Positions 35,459 through 44,216 of a DNA stretch of 51,290 nt are shown one piece after another. The stretch lies in contig JAWLEN010000004.1 of NCBI GenBank assembly GCA_041686095.1, positions 1 through 51,290 on the forward strand. Direction: 5' to 3'. Each line of letters opens with the position of its first letter. Within the stretch, counting starts at the first letter, position 1. The translations under genes and the position numbers were made by a program. Under the pieces are notes generated by a model. That model had not been told where the DNA came from. It saw only the letters and a list, made by a program, of their open reading frames with translations, and ran no database searches. The DNA comes from Candidatus Aminicenantes bacterium. GTDB lineage: Bacteria > Acidobacteriota > Aminicenantia > Aminicenantales > Aminicenantaceae.

Positions 35459-35535
35459 GTGAATAATCCAGGTTAACTAGACTAACCGGGGCTAATCTAA
35501 AAATTTCATGATATAAAGGAGCCTGGATTATTCAC
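35459..35535. repeat. Perfect 14-bp inverted repeat GTGAATAATCCAGG / CCTGGATTATTCAC with 49-nt spacer
   Basis: The arms are 35459..35472 and 35522..35535. The left arm and its flank (TGAATAATCCAGGTTAACTAGACT) resemble 45814..45837 (TGAATAGTCCAGGTTGATTGACT). The right arm overlaps the candidate -35 of the arginase-like gene. Confidence 0.8.
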
Positions 35536-35569
35536 AAAAAAGTCTGTTTCATATAATATAAAGGATAAA

Positions 35570-36484
35570 ATGTCTGGATTGAATATAAGTCTAGTGCTTC
35601 AGCCTTATACAGGAAACAAAAGACCGCATGAATTGTCTACGGCCCCTGAACTTATTTATAGGGAGGCTGCAAAAATTCTCAAACAGGAAGGAGTCAGGGA
35701 ATTCTCAAAAAAGACTATCCAGCTAACAGACAAGGAAAAAAATGAGTATGGAGTTTGGAACCGGATGGGACTTGCCAACGGGCATTTGAGTTGTGAGGTC
35801 GCTCCTTTGATAAGAAAAAAAGTATTTGTCCTAGGTCTATTGGGAAACTGCAACAGCCTAAGCGGAATGCTCGCTGGACTGCAGAATTCTGGAAAACCAA
35901 GAAAACCGATATCTGTAGGACTCATATGGTTTGACGCCCATGGAGATTTCAATACTCCTGAGACCACTTTAAGCGGTTGGCTGGGAGGAATGCCAGTGGC
36001 TGTGGCTGCAGGAAAATGCCTCCACCGCCTCAGGAAACAAGCTGGGCTCGACCCCCCTATATCCACCCGAAATATAATTATGATGGGAGTCCGGGATGTG
36101 GATCCTCTGGAGCAGGAGCTTATCCTCAAATCATCTATCACCACCCTATCCACAAAACAAATCATAGAGAAAAACAAAATCATCACAGATTCTCTAGCCC
36201 AGCTTTCAAATAGAGTGGAAATGCTTTACGTGCACATTGACCTGGATGTTCTGGATGCCGCTTATATTCCAGGACATAATTTTGAGGTATCCGGCGGCCC
36301 GACCCCTACTCAACTCTCTGCAATCCTTAAACTTATAATGAAATTAGAAAAAGTTAAAGCTCTTGGGATCGCCTCTTTCCCTACGGTTAAATACGGCCGG
36401 AAAAAAAGCATGGATTCCACAAAAATACTCATCAAAGGAGCCGTCCAAGGCCTGAAGAATCGAACCTGTATGAATTCTATATAA
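35570..36484 (+). CDS. Arginase/agmatinase/formiminoglutamase-family (ureohydrolase fold) protein, divergent
   Basis: 'LIWFDAHGDFNTPE' (DAHxD), 'GWLGGMPVA', 'GVRDVDP' and 'VHIDLDVLD' (DxDxxD) are present. The first metal motif GGDHS is replaced by 'LGNCNS'. Confidence 0.8.
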   Translation: MSGLNISLVLQPYTGNKRPHELSTAPELIYREAAKILKQEGVREFSKKTIQLTDKEKNEYGVWNRMGLANGHLSCEVAPLIRKKVFVLGLLGNCNSLSGMLAGLQNSGKPRKPISVGLIWFDAHGDFNTPETTLSGWLGGMPVAVAAGKCLHRLRKQAGLDPPISTRNIIMMGVRDVDPLEQELILKSSITTLSTKQIIEKNKIITDSLAQLSNRVEMLYVHIDLDVLDAAYIPGHNFEVSGGPTPTQLSAILKLIMKLEKVKALGIASFPTVKYGRKKSMDSTKILIKGAVQGLKNRTCMNSI

Positions 36485-37214
36485 TACGCATTTCCCCTGA
36501 TAAGAACCGCTTTTCCTCTCCATTAATATCCAGGATGAGTCTTCCCTGCTTATCCAATCCTTTAAACAAACCATGCAAAGAACTTCCTTCTGCTTCAACC
36601 TCTAATTCATCTCCAATACAGAAATAAGAAGCCTTCAAGTATTGCCTCAATATTTTGCAATCCTCTTTATTAAGAAAAATTCTGTACCACTTATCCATAA
36701 AACGACACACAGCTTGCAAAAGCTTGTTTATGTCAATATTTTTTTTATAGAACATTTCTAGAGAACCTGCGCTTTTTCTCAGCTCTTTGGGAAAATCAAG
36801 CTGTTTATTCTTCACATTGATCCCTATCCCTATAATAGTGTGATTCAGCTTCTTTCCTGAAAAGCTGCTTTCACAAAGAATCCCCCCTATTTTTCGTCCT
36901 TCACACACTAAATCATTTGGCCACTTCAGGTCTATTAAAACATTCAGTTCATTTAAAACAGCTTCCCTCACCGCCAAAGCCCCAGTGAGTGGGAGAAGCG
37001 ATAGATCTGACCTAGAGGGAAAAAGAATAACAGAAAAATAAAGTCCTTTTCCCGGCATAGAATACCATGTTCTTCTTTGGGTTCCCTTTCCTTTTGTCTG
37101 CTCATCACACACCACCACTTCCCCTTGTTCAGCTTGTTTCCCAGCCAAGTGTTTGGCCAGGTCGTTAGTTGAAGAACAGCTCTTGAATCGATGAAGTTTT
37201 CCTCCGATTTTCAT
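36477..37214 (-). CDS. birA: Biotin--[acetyl-CoA-carboxylase] ligase (no N-terminal HTH)
   Basis: 245 aa with 'KGKGTQRRTWYSMPGKGLYFS' (the GRGRxGRxW-type biotin loop) and 'KWPNDL'. It has a BPL_C-like end. Confidence 0.9.
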   Translation of the reverse strand: MKIGGKLHRFKSCSSTNDLAKHLAGKQAEQGEVVVCDEQTKGKGTQRRTWYSMPGKGLYFSVILFPSRSDLSLLPLTGALAVREAVLNELNVLIDLKWPNDLVCEGRKIGGILCESSFSGKKLNHTIIGIGINVKNKQLDFPKELRKSAGSLEMFYKKNIDINKLLQAVCRFMDKWYRIFLNKEDCKILRQYLKASYFCIGDELEVEAEGSSLHGLFKGLDKQGRLILDINGEEKRFLSGEMRII

Positions 37215-37274
37215 CTCTCTGATGTTACCCGCAAATCCTTTAAAAAAATTATCGCCCTCTCTTTGCTCCTCTAT

Positions 37275-39929
37275 TTAAGAGGCTTCAGAAGACCAGTCAT
37301 TTATCTGCTTAAGATTCTGTTCGAGTTTAGTCCTTTTTTCTTTCAACTCTTTCAATCCCTGTTTTGTCTCATTAATGACTTTTTCCGGGGCTCTTTGGAT
37401 AAAATTCTTATTTTCAAGCCTTTTTTGCAGTTTTTCGCTGTCCTCTTTTATTTTTCTCAATTCTTTTTCTAGACGTTTTTTCTCCACTGAAAAATCTATG
37501 AGCCCCGGCTCAACAGGAATCCCTACCTCTAAATTTCCGGCAACTCCTTTGATTAGTTTCTTTTTTGAGGGAAATTGGCCCAAAACCTCTATCTCTTTAA
37601 CCGAAGCAAGAAATTGGATATACTTTTTATGTTCCAATATCCTCTCTCTGAGGGTCTCATCATCGACTTTGATGGCAAGAGATATGTTTTTCTGGGGGGC
37701 TATATGGTTTTCTGAGCGAATGGTCCTTACCTCAACTATGATATCTTGTAAAGTATTGACCAACTTTTTAGAATCTTTGTCTTCCCACGATTTATCCAAC
37801 TTTGGATACTCGGCCACGACCAAGGCTTCTCCCTTTACCGGAAGATCCTGCCATATTTCTTCAGTCACAAAGGGCATAAAAGGATGAAGAAGTCTTAATA
37901 TTTTATCTAGAGTTTTTATCAGCACTCCAAGGCTTGAACTATTTTCTTCCTTTAAATCAGGTTTCACCAATTCTAAATACCAATCACAAAATTCATGCCA
38001 AATAAAGTGATAGATTTTATCAGCGGCTTCATAAAAATTATATTTTTCTAAAGAATCATTCATTTCTCGGACTATATCATTGGTCCTGGTCATAATCCAT
38101 CTATCAATCAAAGTGATTTCATTTTTATCGATTTCTGGAATCTTGTCTTGTATGTTCATCAAGACAAATCGTGAGGCATTCCATATCTTATTGACAAAAG
38201 CCCTGTAACCGGCCATTCTTTCCTCAGAAAGAGATATATCCATCCCAGGCACGGCCAGAGCCGCTAAGGTGAACCGAAGAGCATCTGTCCCGTATTTTTT
38301 GATCATATCTAAAGGATCGATTATGTTTCCTTCTGACTTGCTCATTTTTTTCCGTTTGAAATCTCTCACTAATCCGTTTATATAGACTTCCTTAAAAGGA
38401 ATATCTCCCATGAATTTGAGTCCCATCATGATCATCCGAGCAACCCAGAAAAATATGATATCAAATCCAGTTGCCATGAGGTCTGTGGGATAAAACGTGT
38501 TTAAATCATCTGTTTTCTCCGGCCAACCCATGGTTCCGAACGGCCATAGGGCTGAGCTGAACCAAGTGTCCAGCACATCTTCATCCTGTTTGAGTTTCGT
38601 GCTTCCGCATTTATCACATTTTTTAGGAGCTTGTTCAGCAACAATTGTGTGGTTGCATTCCTGACAGTACCAAGCCGGAATCCTGTGTCCCCACCATAAT
38701 TGTCTTGAAATACACCAGTCATGAATGTTGTACATCCACTCAAAATAGGTCTTGCTCCAATTGGCAGGGATAAACCGGATCTTTCCCTTTTTGACCACTT
38801 TAATAGCCTGTTTTGCCAGAGGCTCTATTTTGACAAACCACTGCCAGGAAAGATGAGGCTCTATGACTGTTTTGCAGCGGTAACAGTGTCCCACAGAATG
38901 AACATAATCCTCTGCCTTTTCAATAAGTCCCTGTTCTTCCAAATGAGAGATGACCAATTCTCTGCATTCATACCGATCCAGCCCTTTATATTCTTCACCG
39001 GCAGCCTCAGTCATTCGCCCTGCGCCATCTATGACTATGATCTGCTCCAGACCGTGTTGCTTCCCCATCTCAAAATCAGCGGGATCATGAGCCGGAGTGA
39101 CTTTAACCGCACCCGTGCCAAATTCTCTGTCCACTGATTTATCTTTAATCACCAGGATTTCCCTCTGCGCTAAAGGGAGAACAGCTTTCTGGCCATGATA
39201 TTTTTTAAATCTCTTGTCCTTGGGATGGACAGCTAAAGCCGTATCTCCGAGCATGGTCTCCGGTCTGGTGGTGGCCACCACTATATAATCGCCAGTATCT
39301 TTAACCGGATATTTAATATAATAAAGCTTTGAATGCATCTCCTTATGCTCGATTTCAATATCAGATAGAACTGTGCTGCATTTCGGACATCTATTGACAA
39401 GATAGTAATCTCTATAAATCAGCTTTTCTTTATATAGATCCACAAATACTTTATTGATAGCTCTCGAGAATCCTTTATCCAAGGTAAATCTTTCTCGAGT
39501 CCAGTCTAAAGAAAAACCTAATTTCTTTAATTGATGGATAATTTTCCCGCCGTATTTTTTCTTCCAATTCCAGGCTATCTTTAAGAATTCTTCACGACCT
39601 ATATCTTCCTTTTTTATGCCTTCTTTATCCAGTTTCCTTTCGATAACATTATGCACGGCAATACTGGCATGATCTGTTCCGGGCAGCCACAGCACATTAT
39701 AACCCTGCATCCTTTTCCATCGAGCTATGATATCAGGAAGGGTAAAACACAAGGCATGCCCCATATGAAGAGAACCTGTCACATTAGGAGGAGGTAAGAC
39801 CATAGAAAACTTCTTTTTTGAAGAAGGGACCTCCGGAGTAAAAAGTTGATGGTCAATCCAGAAATCCGCCCACTTCTTTTCGACTGGATCTGGATCATAC
39901 GATTTTTTCAATATTTTTTTGTCGTTCAT
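37275..39929 (-). CDS. valS: Valine--tRNA ligase
   Basis: 884 aa with HIGH ('PPPNVTGSLHMGHAL'), KMSKS ('KMSKSEGN'), a CP1 editing insert and a C-terminal coiled coil. Confidence 0.97.
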   Translation of the reverse strand: MNDKKILKKSYDPDPVEKKWADFWIDHQLFTPEVPSSKKKFSMVLPPPNVTGSLHMGHALCFTLPDIIARWKRMQGYNVLWLPGTDHASIAVHNVIERKLDKEGIKKEDIGREEFLKIAWNWKKKYGGKIIHQLKKLGFSLDWTRERFTLDKGFSRAINKVFVDLYKEKLIYRDYYLVNRCPKCSTVLSDIEIEHKEMHSKLYYIKYPVKDTGDYIVVATTRPETMLGDTALAVHPKDKRFKKYHGQKAVLPLAQREILVIKDKSVDREFGTGAVKVTPAHDPADFEMGKQHGLEQIIVIDGAGRMTEAAGEEYKGLDRYECRELVISHLEEQGLIEKAEDYVHSVGHCYRCKTVIEPHLSWQWFVKIEPLAKQAIKVVKKGKIRFIPANWSKTYFEWMYNIHDWCISRQLWWGHRIPAWYCQECNHTIVAEQAPKKCDKCGSTKLKQDEDVLDTWFSSALWPFGTMGWPEKTDDLNTFYPTDLMATGFDIIFFWVARMIMMGLKFMGDIPFKEVYINGLVRDFKRKKMSKSEGNIIDPLDMIKKYGTDALRFTLAALAVPGMDISLSEERMAGYRAFVNKIWNASRFVLMNIQDKIPEIDKNEITLIDRWIMTRTNDIVREMNDSLEKYNFYEAADKIYHFIWHEFCDWYLELVKPDLKEENSSSLGVLIKTLDKILRLLHPFMPFVTEEIWQDLPVKGEALVVAEYPKLDKSWEDKDSKKLVNTLQDIIVEVRTIRSENHIAPQKNISLAIKVDDETLRERILEHKKYIQFLASVKEIEVLGQFPSKKKLIKGVAGNLEVGIPVEPGLIDFSVEKKRLEKELRKIKEDSEKLQKRLENKNFIQRAPEKVINETKQGLKELKEKRTKLEQNLKQINDWSSEAS

Positions 39930-40047
39930 TTAAAATCCTATTTTTTTTATTATAATAACAAAGGAGTTCTATTTTATCACCCTAAGGAATCAAATGTCAT
40001 GGACTGAGCGCATGAACCGCTTATAAAACCCATGAATTGAATTTTTT

Positions 40048-40056
40048 ATTATAACA
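40048..40056 (-). promoter_or_regulatory. Putative extended -10 promoter for valS (TGTTATAAT)
   Basis: The minus strand reads TGtTATAAT about 120 nt upstream of the valS ATG and 12 nt after a T12 tract that follows the REC-like gene. Confidence 0.3.
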
Positions 40057-40082
40057 AATCAAGCCGCAAAAAAAAAAAACAG

Positions 40083-40676
40083 TTATTTGTTTTTGTTGGA
40101 TCTGTCTAAATCCTTAATTTCCCTCAGAACAGCCGCTTTAACTCTCTTTTCAAATTCTTTGATCGCTTCATAGATCTCTTTTTTCACAATGTTTCTCATC
40201 TTACCGGTCATATTCTTTTCTATAGCATCCAACCGTTTCTGGAATTTCCTTTCCAACTCTGCTGTTTCATCCATAGCCGGCTCCTCAGGAAGGGTATCTA
40301 ATCCATTATCCCCTTGTATAAGGCTTTTAAGTTTTCGCACCACTTCCTCTGAATCAAAAGGTTCCCGGAATATCCCTTGATTAGGAATCTTTGACAAATT
40401 CTGCATATCCAGCTCTTTATAGGCTCCGATAAGAAATACAATGGGGATGTCTTTATAATCCTCTGACTCTCTAATATACTTGCCGATCTCAAGCCCCCCT
40501 TTTTCTTTAAGAGACAGTCCGAGGATAAACGCGTCCGGTTCTATATGGGGTATACTTTTGATCACTTCTTCTCCATTGGTAAAAGTGTAAACATCATAAC
40601 TGGAATCTATAAAAGCCATACGGAGCGTTTCTAAGGCAGCAGGGCTGTTATCAGCAATGATCAGTTTATAAGCCAT
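40083..40676 (-). CDS. CheY-like receiver-fold protein lacking the phospho-acceptor residues (pseudo-receiver) plus C-terminal helical tail
   Basis: It shows an alternating beta/alpha REC pattern ('KLIIADNSP', 'PDAFILGLSL', 'IPIVFLIGA', 'GIFREPF'). Four of the five conserved positions are substituted: CheY D12, D57, T87 and K109 are A, G, G and E here. D13 is retained. Confidence 0.65.
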   Translation of the reverse strand: MAYKLIIADNSPAALETLRMAFIDSSYDVYTFTNGEEVIKSIPHIEPDAFILGLSLKEKGGLEIGKYIRESEDYKDIPIVFLIGAYKELDMQNLSKIPNQGIFREPFDSEEVVRKLKSLIQGDNGLDTLPEEPAMDETAELERKFQKRLDAIEKNMTGKMRNIVKKEIYEAIKEFEKRVKAAVLREIKDLDRSNKNK

Positions 40677-40736
40677 TTTGATTACATCCTATCATACAAG
40701 CTCAACATCCGTATCCATATCTTTTCCCTGGCCTTT

Positions 40737-43700
40737 TTAATACTGGATGACCACAGAATTCTCCCCCAGTAAATACTCTAAATTTTTTGTGAGTTCTTCT
40801 GAGGGAGTGACTCCCTGGATATCCACTGACTTGACCACTATCTTATAAGAGTTTCTTGTTTCAAGTTCAAATAACAAGGGACATTCCCCTGGGCAAGCTC
40901 TTAAAAGACTCTTCAAGTCCTTAAAAACAGATTCTTCCATAGCCTGAAGAGGAATTCTCAGAACCATTCGTTTAGCAAGGTTCTGGATAGCTTCAGATAA
41001 AACATAGATGGAAGACAAAATTAAACGCTGGTTATCATTCTCGGTCATAAACTGAGCTTTTATAAAAACCAAAGCATCTTCATGGATATATTCATAACTC
41101 TTTTTATAACTGTCAGGAAAGGCCACCACTTCGCATCGGCCGCTCATATCCTCAAGAATAAAAGTAGCCATTCTTTCATCTCTTCGTGTTTTCAAGGGCT
41201 TGACCGAGGTAATAATGCCCGCTAGCCTGACTTCCATATTTGTGTTCTTTTCCTGACCCAACTGGCTGATAAAATGTGAAACGAGACTCTTTATTCCTCT
41301 ATCATATCGAGCCAAAGGATGCCCTGTGAGGTAAAAACCTAATACTGATTTCTCATTAGCCAGGAGTTCTGCCTTATCCCATTCCGGCATCCTCTTGATT
41401 TCAGGAGGAATGGGCGGAGGGTCCAGCTGTTTCGCCCCAAAAAGCATTTCCTGGTCAGAAAATCTAATCTTGTATATATCATGAGTGTATTTGATGATGC
41501 TGTCTATTAAGCTGTAGAGCTGGGATCTTTTTAAACCAAAATTATCCATGGACCCTGACTTTATCAAACTCTCTATGGCTTTTTTATTAAAAGATTTCGG
41601 GCTTATGTTGCGGCAAATGTCGAAAGGAGAGTTAAACTTTCCAACTTTTTTCCTTGCCTCTATGATTTCTTTAACTGGATTACTTCCTAAATTCTTAACA
41701 GCAGACAATCCAAAACGAATATCATTTCCTTTAACAGTAAATGTCAATTCACTCTCGTTAATATCAGGAGGCAAAACTTTAATTCCAATCTTGTGACATT
41801 CATCAATATATTTGACCACTTTGGCTGTATCACCCTTCTCAGCTTCAGATGTCAATAAAGAGGCCATAAAATAAACAGAATAATGTGCCTTCAAATAAGC
41901 CGTATGATATGCAAGGTAGGCATAAGCTGCGCTGTGAGACTTGTTAAAGCCATACCCGGCAAAGAATTTAATCTTTTCAAATATCTCTTTGGCTTTCTCT
42001 TTGCTGACTCCTTTATTTTTTGCGCCTTCCATAAATCTTTTCTTCATGTCTCTCATTACTGAATGCTTTTTCTTCCCCATAGCCTTGCGCAGTAGATCTG
42101 CCTCAGCCATAGAGAAGCCAGCGATATCCGTGGCTATCCTCATCACTTGTTCCTGATAGACTATAAGTCCCTTGGTTTCCTTGAGTATAGGTTCAAGTTC
42201 AGGGATATCGTACTTAACATTCTCCGGGTAATTCTTATTTTTGATGAAATCCTCGGTCATTCCACTCTGTAAAGGACCAGGTCTGTGCAAGGCGTTTAAT
42301 GCAATAAGGTCACGAAAATTATCAGGTCTGTATCTTCTCAACAGATCTTTCATGCCAGAACTTTCGAACTGGAAAACTCCATCTGTACTCCCAGCTTGGA
42401 AAAGCTGAAAAGTTTTTTCATCATCCAAAGGAAGGTTCTCAATGTCAATCTCCTCTCCTAAATCCTTCTTTACAATATCGACTGTATCTTGAATGACCGT
42501 TAAATTCCTTAATCCCAGAATATCCATTTTAAGAAGACCTAAAGCTTCGATATCCTGCATAGGAAATTGAGTGGTGACTTCGTCCTTGGCTGATTTGTAT
42601 AATGGCAGAAATTCCACCAGCGGTTTTGGGGTAATGACAATTCCGGCGGCATGTATGGAAGGATGTCTTATCTGTCCTTCAAAATTTTTAGCCACGGACA
42701 GAAGTTCTGAAACCACAGGGTCTTCTTTTTTTAATTTCTCCAATTGAGGTATTTTTTTGGATGCGGCTTCTATAGAGGCATCATCTCCAAAAGGAGGAAT
42801 CATTTTAGCCACTTTATCTACTTTGGATAGGGGAATGTCCAAAGCTCTCCCTGCATCCCTGACTGCTTGTCTTGCCGCCATGGTGCCGAAAGTAATGATC
42901 TGGCATACATTTTCTTTTCCATATCTATTTCTTATGTAAGAGATGACTTCATCTCTCCGTCGTCCACAGAAGTCTATATCTATATCTGGGAGACTTATTC
43001 TCTCCGGATTTAGAAATCTTTCAAACAAAAGGTCATATTCCAGAGGATCTAAATCTGTGATTCCTAAAGAGTAAGCCAGCAGGCTTCCTGCTGCAGAACC
43101 CCTTCCCGGCCCTACAGGAATATTTTTTGATTTAACTTCTCTAATAAGGTCCCATACAATTAAAAAGTAACCTTCAAAGCCCATTTCCCTGACCAGTTTC
43201 ATCTCTTTTATCAATCGCTTCTCATACTCTTCTCTGCTCGAAAGCTCTCCTTTCTCTATTCGGGGCTGAAGTAATTCCATCTTTTTCTCAAATCCTTCTT
43301 TAACCACTTTTTCAAAATAATCATCCAGGCTGAGACCTTTAGGCGGCTCAAAGTTAGGCAAATGATATCCGCTGGAAACCAAATTGAAGTCACATTGTTC
43401 AGCTATCCTATGAGTATTTTCCAGTGCTTCAGGAACATGGCTGAACAACTCAGACATCTCATCAGGAGACTTCAAATAAAACTCCTCTGAACCAAACCTG
43501 ATCCGATCTCTGTCTTTAACTTTCTTATTGGTTTGGATGCAAAGCAAAACATCATGGCTTTCGGCATCTTTTTTTTCTAAATAATGAATATCATTTGTTG
43601 CCACCAGCGGGATATTCATTTTTTCTCCCATCCGGATAATTTTAGGGTTGATTTTCTTCTGGTCTTTCAAACCATGGTCCTGTATTTCTAGGAAAAAATT

Positions 43701-44213
43701 TCCCTCACCAAAAATAGACAGATAATCTTTTGCTGCCTGTTCCGCTTCCAAATCTAAGTCCTGAGCCAAATACTCATTGATCTCTCCCTTTAAACATGCT
43801 GAAAGGCCAATGAGACCTTCCTTATGTTTGGAAAGAAGCTTTTTGTCTATTCTGGGTCTGTAGTAAAATCCTTCCAGATAACTTAAAGTTATGAGTTTGC
43901 AAAGATTTCTGTAGCCAGTCTCATTTTTTACCAATAATAAAAAATGATGATGGTTGGGGCCGTTAGGGGATGGTTTTTTATGTTTTCGGCTTTTAGGTGC
44001 CACATACATTTCGCATCCCAGAATAGGTTTTATCCCTATTTCTCTGGCTAAATTAAAAAATTGAACGGCTCCAAAAATATTGCCGTGGTCAGTCATGGCC
44101 ACTGCATCCATTTTAAATTCCTTGGCTTTTCTAAGAAGAGACTCGATCTTCATGGCTCCGTCCAGGATACTGTATTCTGTATGATTGTGAAGATGTATGA
44201 ATTTATCTGCCAT
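40737..44213 (-). CDS. dnaE: DNA polymerase III alpha subunit
   Basis: 1158 aa with a PHP domain ('FIHLHNHTEYSILDG'), a polymerase core, HhH and a C-terminal OB fold. Confidence 0.97.
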   Translation of the reverse strand: MADKFIHLHNHTEYSILDGAMKIESLLRKAKEFKMDAVAMTDHGNIFGAVQFFNLAREIGIKPILGCEMYVAPKSRKHKKPSPNGPNHHHFLLLVKNETGYRNLCKLITLSYLEGFYYRPRIDKKLLSKHKEGLIGLSACLKGEINEYLAQDLDLEAEQAAKDYLSIFGEGNFFLEIQDHGLKDQKKINPKIIRMGEKMNIPLVATNDIHYLEKKDAESHDVLLCIQTNKKVKDRDRIRFGSEEFYLKSPDEMSELFSHVPEALENTHRIAEQCDFNLVSSGYHLPNFEPPKGLSLDDYFEKVVKEGFEKKMELLQPRIEKGELSSREEYEKRLIKEMKLVREMGFEGYFLIVWDLIREVKSKNIPVGPGRGSAAGSLLAYSLGITDLDPLEYDLLFERFLNPERISLPDIDIDFCGRRRDEVISYIRNRYGKENVCQIITFGTMAARQAVRDAGRALDIPLSKVDKVAKMIPPFGDDASIEAASKKIPQLEKLKKEDPVVSELLSVAKNFEGQIRHPSIHAAGIVITPKPLVEFLPLYKSAKDEVTTQFPMQDIEALGLLKMDILGLRNLTVIQDTVDIVKKDLGEEIDIENLPLDDEKTFQLFQAGSTDGVFQFESSGMKDLLRRYRPDNFRDLIALNALHRPGPLQSGMTEDFIKNKNYPENVKYDIPELEPILKETKGLIVYQEQVMRIATDIAGFSMAEADLLRKAMGKKKHSVMRDMKKRFMEGAKNKGVSKEKAKEIFEKIKFFAGYGFNKSHSAAYAYLAYHTAYLKAHYSVYFMASLLTSEAEKGDTAKVVKYIDECHKIGIKVLPPDINESELTFTVKGNDIRFGLSAVKNLGSNPVKEIIEARKKVGKFNSPFDICRNISPKSFNKKAIESLIKSGSMDNFGLKRSQLYSLIDSIIKYTHDIYKIRFSDQEMLFGAKQLDPPPIPPEIKRMPEWDKAELLANEKSVLGFYLTGHPLARYDRGIKSLVSHFISQLGQEKNTNMEVRLAGIITSVKPLKTRRDERMATFILEDMSGRCEVVAFPDSYKKSYEYIHEDALVFIKAQFMTENDNQRLILSSIYVLSEAIQNLAKRMVLRIPLQAMEESVFKDLKSLLRACPGECPLLFELETRNSYKIVVKSVDIQGVTPSEELTKNLEYLLGENSVVIQY

Positions 44214-44216
44214 TGT

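Noticed and set aside
35365-35466. A 33-codon ORF (MACAPFRFLTPFFFKVASATPEFHQAHKTLTRE) as a leader peptide
   Set aside because: It has no Shine-Dalgarno, no run of regulatory codons, and no terminator/antiterminator pair downstream.
35345-35535. ArgR operator (ARG box) in front of the arginase-like gene
   Set aside because: TGAATAAT/ATTATTCA half-sites are present in the 14-bp repeat arms, but they are 49 nt apart rather than forming the 18-bp ARG-box palindrome. The ATCTGAA-A-TTCAGAT palindrome at 35350..35364 has the wrong spacing. No argR gene is in the window.
35656-36186. A 176-aa minus-strand ORF inside the arginase-like gene
   Set aside because: The plus-strand frame carries clear ureohydrolase motifs (DAHGD, DLDVLD). 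The antisense product has no recognisable features, and this locally GC-richer stretch naturally yields long shadow ORFs.
37375-37887. A 170-aa plus-strand ORF, plus 38721..39137 and other ORFs antisense to valS
   Set aside because: They lie entirely within the strongly supported valS frame. They have no motifs and no SD.
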